A stretch of DNA of 64,000 nucleotides from Gammaproteobacteria bacterium F7. GTDB lineage: Bacteria; Pseudomonadota; Gammaproteobacteria; Pseudomonadales; IMCC2047. Each line of letters opens with the position of its first letter. The stretch's first letter is position 1. The notes under the pieces are model-generated. The model had not been told where the DNA came from. It ran no database searches and saw nothing but the letters and a program-made list of their open reading frames with translations. Location of the stretch: NCBI GenBank assembly GCA_001593685.1, contig LUKI01000003.1, forward strand, positions 7,384 to 71,383. The letters are read 5' to 3'. Below are positions 22,269-32,698 of the stretch, in pieces. Position numbers and translations under genes: made by a program.

Positions 22269-22949
22269 ATGCCACTTTCCGAGTTACCGAATGTGCGTAT
22301 TGTCAAAATCACTCAGGAAAACCTGTCCCAGGCACAATCGCTCCTCTGTGATGCCTATAGGGACAATGAGTTCACCCGCTATATGTTCAATGCCGATAAA
22401 AACGGTTATGAACAACGTCTACGCGGCTTTATCCATGAAGAGCTACTACTTCACTTTTCTCTTTCTAATATTTCAGTCGCGATAGCACTGGATAATCGCC
22501 TAATTGGTGTTGCAATGGTTAGCCGCGCCGACTTACCACTCAGCATGGCCACCAATTGGCGCTGGCGCATGGGTATGTATTCAGTGGTCGGCGTTATTTA
22601 TACCGAACGTCTGCGCAGTTATTACAAAACGGTTCAAGAATCGCTGAAAGACAAAAAACACTATTGGATAAGCCTGATGGGCCTGCACCACGATTTCCAG
22701 CACCATGGCTACGGGCATATGCTCATTGAAGCGGTTCACAATGAATGTGAAAAAGAAACTAACTACTGTGGTATCAGTATCGATTCCGTAGATTCTCAAT
22801 ACAAACACTTCTTCAAATCACTGGGTTACGAAAAAGAAGCGCAATTTGAAATCGGTCACTTAACGATGGATGTTTTATTCCACGCCCGCGGTAACAAGTT
22901 GCCCCCCTCGCCAGACCGGGAAGCCATTAAAACAGCCGAAAGTGCATAA
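22269..22949 (+). CDS. GNAT-family N-acetyltransferase
   Basis: The ATG at 22269 lies 5 nt after AAGGAGG. An acetyl-CoA-binding-like motif FQHHGYGHMLIE is present. Confidence 0.6.
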   Translation: MPLSELPNVRIVKITQENLSQAQSLLCDAYRDNEFTRYMFNADKNGYEQRLRGFIHEELLLHFSLSNISVAIALDNRLIGVAMVSRADLPLSMATNWRWRMGMYSVVGVIYTERLRSYYKTVQESLKDKKHYWISLMGLHHDFQHHGYGHMLIEAVHNECEKETNYCGISIDSVDSQYKHFFKSLGYEKEAQFEIGHLTMDVLFHARGNKLPPSPDREAIKTAESA

Positions 22950-23064
22950 TTCTGGGGCCAGATGCCTGCTATAGCCGTCAGTCGCAATTGTGCGACTGGC
23001 TGCTATACTTGCTTAAAAAAGCGCTTCAGAACAAAGCGCTTACGATAAAAAAAATAACTCGATA

Positions 23065-23463
23065 TTGGCCAACAGAGCCCCACAAACCGTGATCAACGAT
23101 AGCCGAATTAACCCCCGTGTCCCTCTCAGTGTATCAATCAAGGTTGACCTGCCCGATGGCCGCACGATTCAACTTCAATCGCAAAATATTTCCCTCAGCG
23201 GTCTGATGCTCGTTGCAGACCAAAAGCAGTTTGAAGCCCTTCTTCATCGTAAAAACTCAAGTGGCGTCAATATTCAGCCAGAGCTACATGCAACATTTAA
23301 CTTGCCTCGCTCAAAGAACAAAGACCTGCTTGTCGATACCCGCTGCCGAGCAATTCACGTACGCCGTGAATCACAAAATAAATATTATGTCGGTGTAAAG
23401 TTTTTACAGCTGAATCAAGCCGCAGTATCCGCCATTCAGCAGCATGTAACCAATAACTTGTAA
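23065..23463 (+). CDS. PilZ domain protein
   Basis: ...INPRVPLSVSIKV...ISLSGLML... resembles the RxxxR / DxSxxG c-di-GMP-binding PilZ layout. The TTG start is uncertain. Confidence 0.65.
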   Translation: MANRAPQTVINDSRINPRVPLSVSIKVDLPDGRTIQLQSQNISLSGLMLVADQKQFEALLHRKNSSGVNIQPELHATFNLPRSKNKDLLVDTRCRAIHVRRESQNKYYVGVKFLQLNQAAVSAIQQHVTNNL

Positions 23464-23489
23464 TGCCAACTCTTAGATAGTCACCTTAG

Positions 23490-25145
23490 CTAAACCGACA
23501 GGCAAATGCCGCCCCGGCGAGGGTCTCCAACACCTGAAAAGGCCCCTGCCTGACACTGAACTGAATGCACTCCACCAAAAAAAAGATTCAATGACTGCCA
23601 GCTTTTATACTGCTCAAAATGCTCAAATAAGTTCTTCAACTCGCTCTCGGCAAAACCTTTCTCAACATTTAAAAAACCATTTTCAAAATGCAAACGGGGT
23701 AAGCAAACCGCCTCCTCTAGCGGCTTGCCAAAGTCCGTCATATTGATAATGGTCTGCAAAATCGCCGTCCGTATACGGTTGGAACCACCTGAACCGAGCG
23801 CAACAAGACCACCATCACGCTGATTGATAATGCTCGGCGCCATCATCGACGTCATGCGTTGGTTGGTTTGCCAACGCTGAAAGCCATGGGGGTTCAAGTC
23901 CTCTTCACCCAGCATATTATTGAGCATAAAGCCCGTTCCCGGCAGCATATAACCACAACCCTCACCATTAGAAACAGTCAAGGTCGCGACATTTTGCCAA
24001 CGGTCAATCACACTAATATGAGTTGTGCCCCGATGTGCCCTACGTCGACCAAGAATAGCGTCACGATAACGACACAGTAATTTTTCATCGAGCAACATGT
24101 CTCCGCGCGGGTGACCATTACTGTCATCAAGGTGCGCCTCAATACGCGCCTGGTTAGTTCTTTCCATAACCTCGGCTAAACAGCGTAAATGCGCCACTGA
24201 GCCATGCTCTTTCACTCCGCCGCAGACCTGCTGCCAAAGCTGTAGAGCAAAAGCAATCAAAATACCGCCGGAACTGGGGGGCGGATTGGTGACCACCTGC
24301 GAGTCCCGGTATTTAAAACTCAAAGGTTGATGACATTGCACACGGTAATCAGTGAAGTCTTTGTATTGCAGGTGTCCACCATACTCGCTGCATTCGTCAG
24401 CCATCTGCTGTGCCAGCTCGCCTCGATAAAAAAGAGCATCCCCTTCAATCGCAAGTATTTCCAGCGTATCGGCTAACTGGGGCAAACAAAAGAGTTCACC
24501 CTCAGCCACCGTTTGCCCCGTTACTTGTCCAGAAAATAGCGCAGCCGATTCCGGTGAAGCCATCAAAATGGGCGATACAACACTAAAGATGTAGGCTTGA
24601 AGCGCGTTAAGACGAACCCCCGTGCGAGCCGCATGAATAGCTGGCTGAACCAGCTCTGTCATGGGTATGGAGCCCAATTCGCGATGCACCTCAAATATGC
24701 CCTTAACCACCCCCGGCGTGGCAATCGCCCCAAAACCAATATGAAACTCCTGTCGTGTGGTTCCAAAGTCGGCCCAGATAGGTTTGAAGTCGATCAGCTC
24801 AGCGGATCGCTTTTGGCAGGGTGTCTGCACAAAAAAATCAAACAGCTGATGTTGTCCCGACGCCGTTTGCGACAGTAAAAAACCACCGCCGCCCAGCGAT
24901 GACAGTACCGGCTCAGCAACACAGGAAGCAAAAAAAGCGGCAATCGCAGCGTCATAGGCATTACCACCCGCAGCCAAAACATCACGCCCAGCCTCAGCGG
25001 TAATGGCGTGGCCCGCAGCAATAGCGCCATGGTTTCCTGTGTGTGTTTTGATGTTGGAGTTCATCATACTTTGCGCCTGGTTTCGCAACACGCCGTATTT
25101 TTCGGGGTTTGCTAAAGCAAGTATGCCTGCTGACCAAGCTAGCAT
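23490..25145 (-). CDS. Gamma-glutamyltransferase family protein with no obvious signal peptide
   Basis: ...GGGGFLL...PPPSSGG... and the autoprocessing site GTTHISVID. An alternative start exists at 25067 (MMNSN...). Confidence 0.85.
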   Translation of the reverse strand: MLAWSAGILALANPEKYGVLRNQAQSMMNSNIKTHTGNHGAIAAGHAITAEAGRDVLAAGGNAYDAAIAAFFASCVAEPVLSSLGGGGFLLSQTASGQHQLFDFFVQTPCQKRSAELIDFKPIWADFGTTRQEFHIGFGAIATPGVVKGIFEVHRELGSIPMTELVQPAIHAARTGVRLNALQAYIFSVVSPILMASPESAALFSGQVTGQTVAEGELFCLPQLADTLEILAIEGDALFYRGELAQQMADECSEYGGHLQYKDFTDYRVQCHQPLSFKYRDSQVVTNPPPSSGGILIAFALQLWQQVCGGVKEHGSVAHLRCLAEVMERTNQARIEAHLDDSNGHPRGDMLLDEKLLCRYRDAILGRRRAHRGTTHISVIDRWQNVATLTVSNGEGCGYMLPGTGFMLNNMLGEEDLNPHGFQRWQTNQRMTSMMAPSIINQRDGGLVALGSGGSNRIRTAILQTIINMTDFGKPLEEAVCLPRLHFENGFLNVEKGFAESELKNLFEHFEQYKSWQSLNLFFGGVHSVQCQAGAFSGVGDPRRGGICLSV

Positions 25146-25281
25146 CCGCGTATGTAGTACACTACCAACACTCGTTCTACTTTGGCCGCAGTTTTGATAT
25201 TTGGGTTAGCAAGCCCTAGTATTAATAGAAACACCTGCTCCAAGTTTTGTCTATTCTGAAAAACCTTTTACAGGGCACGTT

Positions 25282-26763
25282 ATGGGCACGAACGTACAGA
25301 CCAGACGTTTTAAACAGGCTGATTACGATGTTTTTTCTGAACGCCTGCAGGCCAACTTACAAGTGTTAATACAGCTACTTAAACGTCCAGGATTCGGGGT
25401 TGGGAGTACCTCGCTTGGCGCCGAGCTGGAACTCAGCCTGGTCGATCATGCTGGCAAGACCCAATGGGTTAATCAGCAACTCCTGGAGCTCGCCAAGGAT
25501 CCACTGCTGGCACTGGAGATTAATCGCTATAATCTCGAGTACAACCTCGCCCCCGTTGCCGCCAAAGGCAAGCCGTTCACAAAAATCACCGAAGCAATTG
25601 ATACACAGCTCAAAACCATCGCTCGGCTAGCCAAACCACTGGGGGCCGAGCCGTTGGCTATTGGCATTCTACCAACACTTAATAAGCGTGATATCAGTCC
25701 AGCCGCAATGACCGATAATAATCGCTATCACGTCCTCAATAACGCGCTCAAAAAACTACGCGGTCATGATCTGGAGGTTGATATTGATGGTCCGGAGCCA
25801 CTACAGCTATCACTTTCCAACCTCAATATAGAAGGTGCTAACACCTCTTTTCAGGTTCACCTGAGGGTGAACCCCGATGATTTTGCCAATTGCTACAATG
25901 CTGCACAATTGGGCACAGCCGCAGCACTTGCCATTAGCACAAACTCCCCCTTACTGCTGGGTCGCCGGCTATGGGAAGAAACCCGTGTGATTCTGTTCAA
26001 ACAGTCTGTCGAATCGCGCGATATCGAACGCAATCATTATGTTGGGCCCAGTCGTGCCGGTCTCGGTAACTGTTGGATCAACCACAGTGCGGCAGAATTA
26101 TTTACCGCCTCAGTTAGAGATTATCCAATTCTAATTCCCGAGCACAGCGAGGAGAATTATCAGCAGGTTTTAAAGGATGGCGATGTCCCCAAGTTAGCCG
26201 ATTTATGCATGCATCACGGTTCTATCTGGCACTGGAATCGCGCCATTTACGACTCCGCCAGTGGCGGCCATCTGCGCATTGAGTTGCGCGCACTGCCCAG
26301 CGGCCCGACCAGTCTCGACATGGCTGCCAACGCCGCCTTTATCGTCGGCATCACCAAAGGACTGGCCTCATCCATGCCAGCCTTCTGTCGCCAACTCGAC
26401 TTTTCTGCCGTACAAAATAATTTTTATGCCGCTGCTAAACAGGGACTTGATGCCGAATTTTTATGGCCACGAAAAACCCGCGCCAGTGCAGCAACAGCCT
26501 CAGCCACTCACGTAATTAAAAAATTAATACCGATCGCTGCCTCCGGGCTAACGGAGCTGGGTGTCGACAGTAAAGAAATTGATACCTTTCTCGGCATCAT
26601 TGAAGGGCGTTTAAAAGCTCGTCAGACTGGCGCACGTTGGCAGCTAAACAAACTGGATCAACTCGAAGAAACGCTGGCTCGTCCAGCAGCATTACAAAAA
26701 TTGTTACAGCGTTATATGGCAAATGCCGGTAGCGGCCAACCTGTGCACCTCTGGGACAACTGA
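25282..26763 (+). CDS. GCS2-type carboxylate-amine ligase (glutamate-cysteine ligase family 2-like)
   Basis: 493 aa; ...GAELELSLVD...EINRYNLEYNL...TSFQVHLRV...HLRIELRALP, a pattern typical of YbdK/GCS2-like ligases. Confidence 0.65.
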   Translation: MGTNVQTRRFKQADYDVFSERLQANLQVLIQLLKRPGFGVGSTSLGAELELSLVDHAGKTQWVNQQLLELAKDPLLALEINRYNLEYNLAPVAAKGKPFTKITEAIDTQLKTIARLAKPLGAEPLAIGILPTLNKRDISPAAMTDNNRYHVLNNALKKLRGHDLEVDIDGPEPLQLSLSNLNIEGANTSFQVHLRVNPDDFANCYNAAQLGTAAALAISTNSPLLLGRRLWEETRVILFKQSVESRDIERNHYVGPSRAGLGNCWINHSAAELFTASVRDYPILIPEHSEENYQQVLKDGDVPKLADLCMHHGSIWHWNRAIYDSASGGHLRIELRALPSGPTSLDMAANAAFIVGITKGLASSMPAFCRQLDFSAVQNNFYAAAKQGLDAEFLWPRKTRASAATASATHVIKKLIPIAASGLTELGVDSKEIDTFLGIIEGRLKARQTGARWQLNKLDQLEETLARPAALQKLLQRYMANAGSGQPVHLWDN

Positions 26764-26780
26764 CGCAAACGGAGCAGACT

Positions 26781-27836
26781 ATGCTAGTCAATAACAGTGA
26801 CCCCATTTACTACTGGGAAGCCCCCTCAGTGGACGAAATTGGCGCCACTATCGAAGAGTTTCTTAAGCAGTTAACTGCGCCCACCTGGATCTATATACCG
26901 GGTCGTGACCACAGCCGCTGTCGCGCCATCACCACACTTTTACATGGCAACGAACCATCTGGCTTGCACGCTATTCACGCTTGGTTACGCAGCGGCGATC
27001 AACCTGAAACTGATCTGTATTTTTGTATCGCCTCCGTTAAAACGGCCCAGCACCCACCCGGTTTTTTTTATCGCATGCTACCTGACTGTCGAGACCTCAA
27101 CCGCTGTTTCAGGCCGCCTTATAAAGATTCTGAGGGTGTACTCGCCGCCAACATTCTACGCCGTTTATGTGCTGTCCAACCCGAAGCCGTTCTGGATATT
27201 CACAACACCTCCGGCTCAGGCCCGTCCTTTGCTGTTGTTACCAACACCGATAGGCGCCACAAAGCACTGGCCTCGTTATTTACCCAGCATTTGATTATTA
27301 CTGATCTAAAATTGGGCGCTATTATGGAATTCGAAGAGGGGGGCTTTCCTGTTACCACCATCGAATGCGGTGGTTGCCATGACCCCCATGCCCACCAGCT
27401 TGCCACGGAAGGTCTGCGTCGCTTTGCACTCAAACAGAATTTATTTGACTACCACAGCATCAATGCAGAGATGGTACTTTATAAACACCCACTGCGGGTT
27501 GAAATGATTGAAGGCAGTGAAATTGCCTACGCCGACCACCCTATTGATGGCCCGGATTTAACCCTGCATAGCGATGTTGAGCATTTCAATTTCGGCGAAG
27601 CGCCGGCAAACAGCGTGCTTGGCTGGCTTGGGCCAAGAGGCATCAACTGCCTGACGGCACGAGATTCAATGGGTAGCGAGCATATTGAACATTACTTTGA
27701 CGTACATGATAACCAACTGCTGACACGCCAGCCTTTGCGACTGTTTATGGTCACTAAAAATCCCAGTATTGCCCTTTCTGACTGCCTGTTTTATTTAGTA
27801 CCGGTAGATGATTGTCACCGCCACCAAAGCCGTTAA
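26781..27836 (+). CDS. Succinylglutamate desuccinylase/aspartoacylase (AstE/AspA, M14-like zinc hydrolase) family protein
   Basis: LLHGNEPSG zinc-binding motif and DIHNTSG; 351 aa; SD ACGGAG before the ATG. Confidence 0.72.
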   Translation: MLVNNSDPIYYWEAPSVDEIGATIEEFLKQLTAPTWIYIPGRDHSRCRAITTLLHGNEPSGLHAIHAWLRSGDQPETDLYFCIASVKTAQHPPGFFYRMLPDCRDLNRCFRPPYKDSEGVLAANILRRLCAVQPEAVLDIHNTSGSGPSFAVVTNTDRRHKALASLFTQHLIITDLKLGAIMEFEEGGFPVTTIECGGCHDPHAHQLATEGLRRFALKQNLFDYHSINAEMVLYKHPLRVEMIEGSEIAYADHPIDGPDLTLHSDVEHFNFGEAPANSVLGWLGPRGINCLTARDSMGSEHIEHYFDVHDNQLLTRQPLRLFMVTKNPSIALSDCLFYLVPVDDCHRHQSR

Positions 27837-27938
27837 GCAAAGGCTCCCTGGATTTAAATGAAATCAATCTAAACCCAGCTTAATAGGCCCTAGCGATATC
27901 CGTTTCATTTTTGCTGGCCTATCGCAATAACTCTAAAG

Positions 27939-28475
27939 TTAACGTTGCACCGGTCGTTTGTGTAATTTGCGCTGCAATGTACGCCGATGCATACCCAACG
28001 CCCGAGCCGTTGCCGATACGTTGCCATCATGTTCGGCCAACACCTTTTGGATATGCTCCCATTCCAGACGGTTAACCGAAATAGGGCTATCAGAAACCCC
28101 TATTTCGTGACCTGTTTTCACCTCAAAAGCAGCCAGAATTTCATCCGCATTGGCAGGCTTACATAAATAATTGCTCGCCCCCAGCTTTATCGCCTGTACG
28201 GCTGTTGCAATGCTGGAATAGCCGGTAAGTACAACAATATTAACGTCAGGTAAGACCTGAAGTAATGGTTGAATTAACTGTAAGCCGGAACCATCCGCCA
28301 TTTTCAGATCCAGTGTCACTCGCTGCGGTTTAAAGCTGTTAGCTAACGCTAACGCTTGCTCCGCATCATGCGCCTCTCGTACATCATAGCCGCGGCGGCT
28401 TAACGCCCTTGAGAGCACCTGAGTAAACACTTGTTCATCATCAACAATTAAAATTCTGCGTTGTGCCTCAGTCAT
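27939..28475 (-). CDS. roxR: RegA/PrrA/ActR/RoxR-family response regulator
   Basis: Receiver domain (ILIVDDE...D...) plus the near-invariant RegA-type HTH NVSATARALGMHRRTLQRKL. The ATG at 28475 overlaps the kinase stop by 8 nt. Confidence 0.85.
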   Translation of the reverse strand: MTEAQRRILIVDDEQVFTQVLSRALSRRGYDVREAHDAEQALALANSFKPQRVTLDLKMADGSGLQLIQPLLQVLPDVNIVVLTGYSSIATAVQAIKLGASNYLCKPANADEILAAFEVKTGHEIGVSDSPISVNRLEWEHIQKVLAEHDGNVSATARALGMHRRTLQRKLHKRPVQR

Positions 28476-29763
28476 TTTCGGTTGCCTGCATCCAACGAAT
28501 AGGGAGCTGTAGCTCTGTGAGCGTACCGCCCCCGTCATGATTATATTGGGTTAAATGTCCGTTAAAACGACGCACGGTTGCATGGGATAAATACAACCCA
28601 AGCCCAAGCCCCTTGCGTTTAGTACTGACAAAGGGTTTGCCTATTTTTTCGGCCAACTCAGGCGCGATGCCTTCTCCAAAATCGCGAATACTCAGCTGCA
28701 TCAATTGCTGGTTCCAGCTTAGCTCAACCTCAATATGTTCAGGGCTGGCATCTGCCGCATTGTTGAGCAAATTGATGATCGCCTGCCCCATGGTTTCATC
28801 CACTGTAATAACAGGCACAGGTCCGGTACTTTTGACCTGATACTGATCGCGGACTTCCGGCCGCATCAAACGCCAACGCTCCAGCTGCTCCTCAATATAC
28901 CCGGTGACGGGACAGGCACTATTTTTTGCCTGTGCATCAACACTGAATTTATCCATCATTGCCCGCATCGATTGCTTACACACTTGCAACTGGCTATGCA
29001 GTAATTGTAAATCTGTTTTCAATTCGCTGTTATCGGCATAATCCTGCTGCATCTCATCAAGCAAAACAGACATGGTCGACAGGGGCGTACCCAGTTCATG
29101 CGCCGTGCCAGCAGCCAATGTTGCAACAGCCAACAGTTGTTCATCATGTAACGTCGTTTCGCGTTGCTCCGCCAAATCCGCTTCCTGCCGTCGAATGGCC
29201 TGTGCCATCTTGACCACAAAATAGGTAATCAGCAGTGCGCTGATCAAAAAGGTCAGCCACATACCAACGATATGTAGGTTGAAGAGATGGCCATGCATCA
29301 TCTCCGCCATATCATGGCCCGATAAAATCAACGGCTGATAATAGAACAACAGACCACTATAGGTCGTACAGGTAATTGCGGCCATGCACCAGGTATAAAG
29401 CCACGGCAGAGTCGCAGCACAAATGGTGAGAATCACCAAATAGTAAGATATAAAGGGGTTGGTGGAACCGCCGGAATAATACAGCAGCACGGTCAATGCA
29501 ATGACATCGAGCAGCAACTGCAAAAAGTATTCGCCATCACTAACCGGCCAGCTTAGACGTAAGCGCAGCAGCGTTGCCAGCGTCACCAATGCCATCAGCA
29601 TAATAACAAATAGCAATACCGCATAATCCAGCGATGCCTCGAGGTACCACCAGGCAAATAAAACACCCGCCAACTGTCCAAGCAATGCAATAATACGTAC
29701 CAGAGCCAAGCGGCCCATATTATCGCGAGCAGCAGAGAGCGGTAGCTGTTTGGTTAAAAGCAT
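28468..29763 (-). CDS. roxS: RegB/PrrB/RoxS-family redox-sensing histidine kinase
   Basis: Six TM segments, a GGSTNPF (RegB quinone-site-like GGxxNPF) motif, the H-box GTAHELGTPLST, a conserved Cys after the H-box (LQVCKQSM), and an HATPase domain. Confidence 0.8.
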   Translation of the reverse strand: MLLTKQLPLSAARDNMGRLALVRIIALLGQLAGVLFAWWYLEASLDYAVLLFVIMLMALVTLATLLRLRLSWPVSDGEYFLQLLLDVIALTVLLYYSGGSTNPFISYYLVILTICAATLPWLYTWCMAAITCTTYSGLLFYYQPLILSGHDMAEMMHGHLFNLHIVGMWLTFLISALLITYFVVKMAQAIRRQEADLAEQRETTLHDEQLLAVATLAAGTAHELGTPLSTMSVLLDEMQQDYADNSELKTDLQLLHSQLQVCKQSMRAMMDKFSVDAQAKNSACPVTGYIEEQLERWRLMRPEVRDQYQVKSTGPVPVITVDETMGQAIINLLNNAADASPEHIEVELSWNQQLMQLSIRDFGEGIAPELAEKIGKPFVSTKRKGLGLGLYLSHATVRRFNGHLTQYNHDGGGTLTELQLPIRWMQATEND

Positions 29764-29962
29764 AGTGGATTATTCATCGTCATCAGTTTTTAGGTCTCCA
29801 CGGGGCCATGACAGGACTCGAATACTGCAGAAGAAAAAGCAGTATAACAGTCATCACAGCGACATGAATGCTAAAACGGGTGCGACAATTTGTCGCATTC
29901 AGACAGTCCTGACAGCGCTTTATAATGCCGCTCCTCAAATCGTTCATCCATAGGAACCTAAC

Positions 29963-30994
29963 ATGCCTGCCCATAAACCTGTCTCGTTAATCTTAACCGC
30001 TGCCCTGACCTCTTCATTAGCCAGCGCAACGGCCTTTGCCCACTGGGAAGGCAGTCGCCCCGACGCCCACGCACCGATCGGCGTGATGGCCGACCACACC
30101 CACAAAAAAGGCGAGTGGATGTTCTCCTACCGTGTCATGCGCATGGAAATGGACGGTAACCGCGAGGGTTCCAGCCGCCAAAGCACCGCTGACGTACTGA
30201 ACCGCTTTATGGTCGCACCACTAAAAATGGACATGGATATGCACATGCTCGGTGCCATGTATGCACCCAGCGACGACCTGACTCTGAACATTATGGTGCC
30301 CTACGTTAAAAACAGCATGGATCACGTCACCCGTATGGGCATCGAATTTGAAACCGTCGGAGAAGGCTTGGGCGATATCAGCCTCGGCGGCATCTTTAAC
30401 CTGGGCTCAAAACATGTGGATGGTGATACCCCCGTTCAACACCGTCTGCTGGCTAGTTTAAGCATCAGCCTGCCGACCGGTGAAGACGATGTCCGTGATG
30501 ACACGCCCGCGATGGCAAATGCCAAGCTGCCCTACCCCATGCAGGTCGGTTCCGGCACCTATAATCTGATGCCTGGCATTACCTATTTGGGCCAGCAGGT
30601 GAACGGCCACTATTCCTGGGGCGCGCAGGCAATGGCAACGATTCACATCGACACCAACGATGAAGGCTGGAGCCGTGGTGACAAACTGCAGGTGACTGGC
30701 TGGATCGCGCGTCTACTATCTGAAAACGTCAGCGCATCAGTGCGTTTAAATGCGCAGAAATGGGATCGTATTGATGGCCGTGACAGCGACCTCAATCCCA
30801 TGATGGTACAAACCGCCAACCCCAGCCTGTTAGCCGGTAAACGGGCTGATTTAAGCCTCGGCCTGAATATTAAAGTTCCAGGCACCGGCCACCGCTTCGG
30901 CATCGAAGTCGGCAAACCCGTGTGGCAGGATTTGGACGGCCCACAACTGGAAACCGACATGATTGTGACGGCTGGCTGGCAGTGGGCGCTGTAA
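29963..30994 (+). CDS. Outer-membrane beta-barrel 'transporter' (Phenol_MetA_deg/PF13557-like), Met/His-rich
   Basis: Signal peptide, HAPIGVMADHTHKKGEWMFSYRVM motif, an MDMDMHM stretch, and a C-terminal beta-strand ending ...GWQWAL. Confidence 0.6.
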   Translation: MPAHKPVSLILTAALTSSLASATAFAHWEGSRPDAHAPIGVMADHTHKKGEWMFSYRVMRMEMDGNREGSSRQSTADVLNRFMVAPLKMDMDMHMLGAMYAPSDDLTLNIMVPYVKNSMDHVTRMGIEFETVGEGLGDISLGGIFNLGSKHVDGDTPVQHRLLASLSISLPTGEDDVRDDTPAMANAKLPYPMQVGSGTYNLMPGITYLGQQVNGHYSWGAQAMATIHIDTNDEGWSRGDKLQVTGWIARLLSENVSASVRLNAQKWDRIDGRDSDLNPMMVQTANPSLLAGKRADLSLGLNIKVPGTGHRFGIEVGKPVWQDLDGPQLETDMIVTAGWQWAL

Positions 30995-31019
30995 CTGTCT
31001 CAGCCCATAAAACAATGGA

Positions 31020-31062
31020 GCTGCGGTGACAGGTATTTGCCAATCATCGCAGCTTTTTTATT
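31020..31062 (+). terminator. Rho-independent terminator after the OM barrel gene
   Basis: gctgcggtga ... tcatcgcagc stem (one mismatch) followed by a tttttt run. Confidence 0.65.
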
Positions 31063-31172
31063 TCTCTCAGCATGTCTTTATTCCTGCTTTAATTATCAAC
31101 ACACCTGCCCCGACTTCACGTTTTAGCTTAGAATGACCTGCTTGCTGATATTAAAACTAGCCGCAGGAAACC

Positions 31173-32480
31173 ATGAATACGCTCAACGCAGATCAAATTC
31201 TCAACATCGACCGTCAACACATCTGGCACCCCTACAGCTCCATCACCAACCCGCTGCCACAGTATGTGGTGAAATCCGCCGAAGGGGTACGCCTGACGCT
31301 GGAGGACGGAAGCGAACTGATCGACGGCATGGCCTCCTGGTGGTCGGTCATTCACGGCTACAATCACCCTCGTTTGAACCAGGCGCTGCAACAGCAGAGC
31401 GCACAAATGAGTCATGTCATGTTTGGTGGCTTGACCCATGAACCTGCCGCCAAGCTGGCTAAACTTCTGGTGGATATCACGCCGGAAAAATTGCAAAAGG
31501 TATTTTTCAGCGACTCCGGCTCAGTGGCGATAGAAGTCGCTATCAAAATGGCCATCCAATACTGGCACGCCGCTGGTCAGCCACAGAAACAACGTATGCT
31601 ATCACTGCGTAACGGCTACCACGGTGACACCTTTGCCGCGATGTCAGTGTGCGACCCTGTCACCGGCATGCACGAACTATTTAACGCCGTGTTACCACAA
31701 CAGTTTTTTGCCGACGCACCGCAGTGCGGCTTTCATGAAGACTGGAACGAACAGGATATAAGCAGCCTAAAAACTCAACTTGAGCAACATCATCACGAAA
31801 TAGCCGCGGTGGTACTGGAACCCATCGTACAGGGTGCCGGCGGCATGCGTTTTTATTCACCAGACTATTTGCGCCGCGTGCGCGAACTGTGTGACCAATA
31901 CGAGGTGCTGCTGATTTGCGATGAAATCGCCACCGGCTTTGGCCGTACCGGTAAATTGTTTGCCTGCGAACATGCCGGTATCAGCCCGGATATTTTATGT
32001 CTCGGCAAAGCGCTGACCGGCGGCACCATGACACTCGCGGCGACGCTGACGACTGAGCAGGTTAGCGCCACCATCTGTAATGCTAACCCCGGCGTCTTTA
32101 TGCATGGTCCAACCTTTATGGGCAACCCACTGGCCTGTGCGGTTGCGACAGCCAGCTTAGAACTATTGCTTGAGAGCCCCTGGCAACAGCGTATTGCGCA
32201 ACTGGAACAGGGCTTGCAACAGGGCCTGGCAGCGGCACGTGAATTGCCTCATGTTGCCGAGGTTCGTGTGCTGGGTGGTATTGGCGTGGTGGAAATGAAA
32301 GCGCCAGTGCGAATGCAGGAAATTACTGCTGCCTTTGTTGATCACGGCATCTGGGTGCGCCCCTTTGGAAAGCTCGTTTACTTGATGCCTCCCTATGTGA
32401 TGAGCGCAGAGGATTTGCACGAATTGACAGCAAAATTAGTAGCGGTGATTGCTGATCCTGCACTGTTTGCTGAAAGTTAA
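31173..32480 (+). CDS. bioA: Adenosylmethionine-8-amino-7-oxononanoate aminotransferase
   Basis: ...HIWHPYSS...[16 protein letters not shown]...[35 protein letters not shown]...; canonical BioA. Confidence 0.93.
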   Translation: MNTLNADQILNIDRQHIWHPYSSITNPLPQYVVKSAEGVRLTLEDGSELIDGMASWWSVIHGYNHPRLNQALQQQSAQMSHVMFGGLTHEPAAKLAKLLVDITPEKLQKVFFSDSGSVAIEVAIKMAIQYWHAAGQPQKQRMLSLRNGYHGDTFAAMSVCDPVTGMHELFNAVLPQQFFADAPQCGFHEDWNEQDISSLKTQLEQHHHEIAAVVLEPIVQGAGGMRFYSPDYLRRVRELCDQYEVLLICDEIATGFGRTGKLFACEHAGISPDILCLGKALTGGTMTLAATLTTEQVSATICNANPGVFMHGPTFMGNPLACAVATASLELLLESPWQQRIAQLEQGLQQGLAAARELPHVAEVRVLGGIGVVEMKAPVRMQEITAAFVDHGIWVRPFGKLVYLMPPYVMSAEDLHELTAKLVAVIADPALFAES

Positions 32481-32698
32481 GGGGCCGAAAAATCGCTCGC
32501 TTGCGCTCTGGATAACAAATCTTACTGTTACTCCGAGCCACCCGAGCCATTTCAAGTGCAATGAGAAATCTAAAGCCCCCAGCAACGCATAAGCTCATAA
32601 CAGAATATTCCTGTCATTCAGATGCAGGAAAAAGCCGATACGCGTATAATCGCCGCCTGTTTTAAACACCGACTTGAACGATCAGGATTAGAGTTACC

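Noticed and set aside
22980-22999. Perfect 8-bp stem / 4-nt loop hairpin (cagtcgca-attg-tgcgactg) flanked by CTGCTATA direct repeats, after the GNAT gene
   Set aside because: It has no U-tract and occurs only once in the window. It is most simply a weak or factor-dependent terminator, and it is too small to call a mobile-element footprint.
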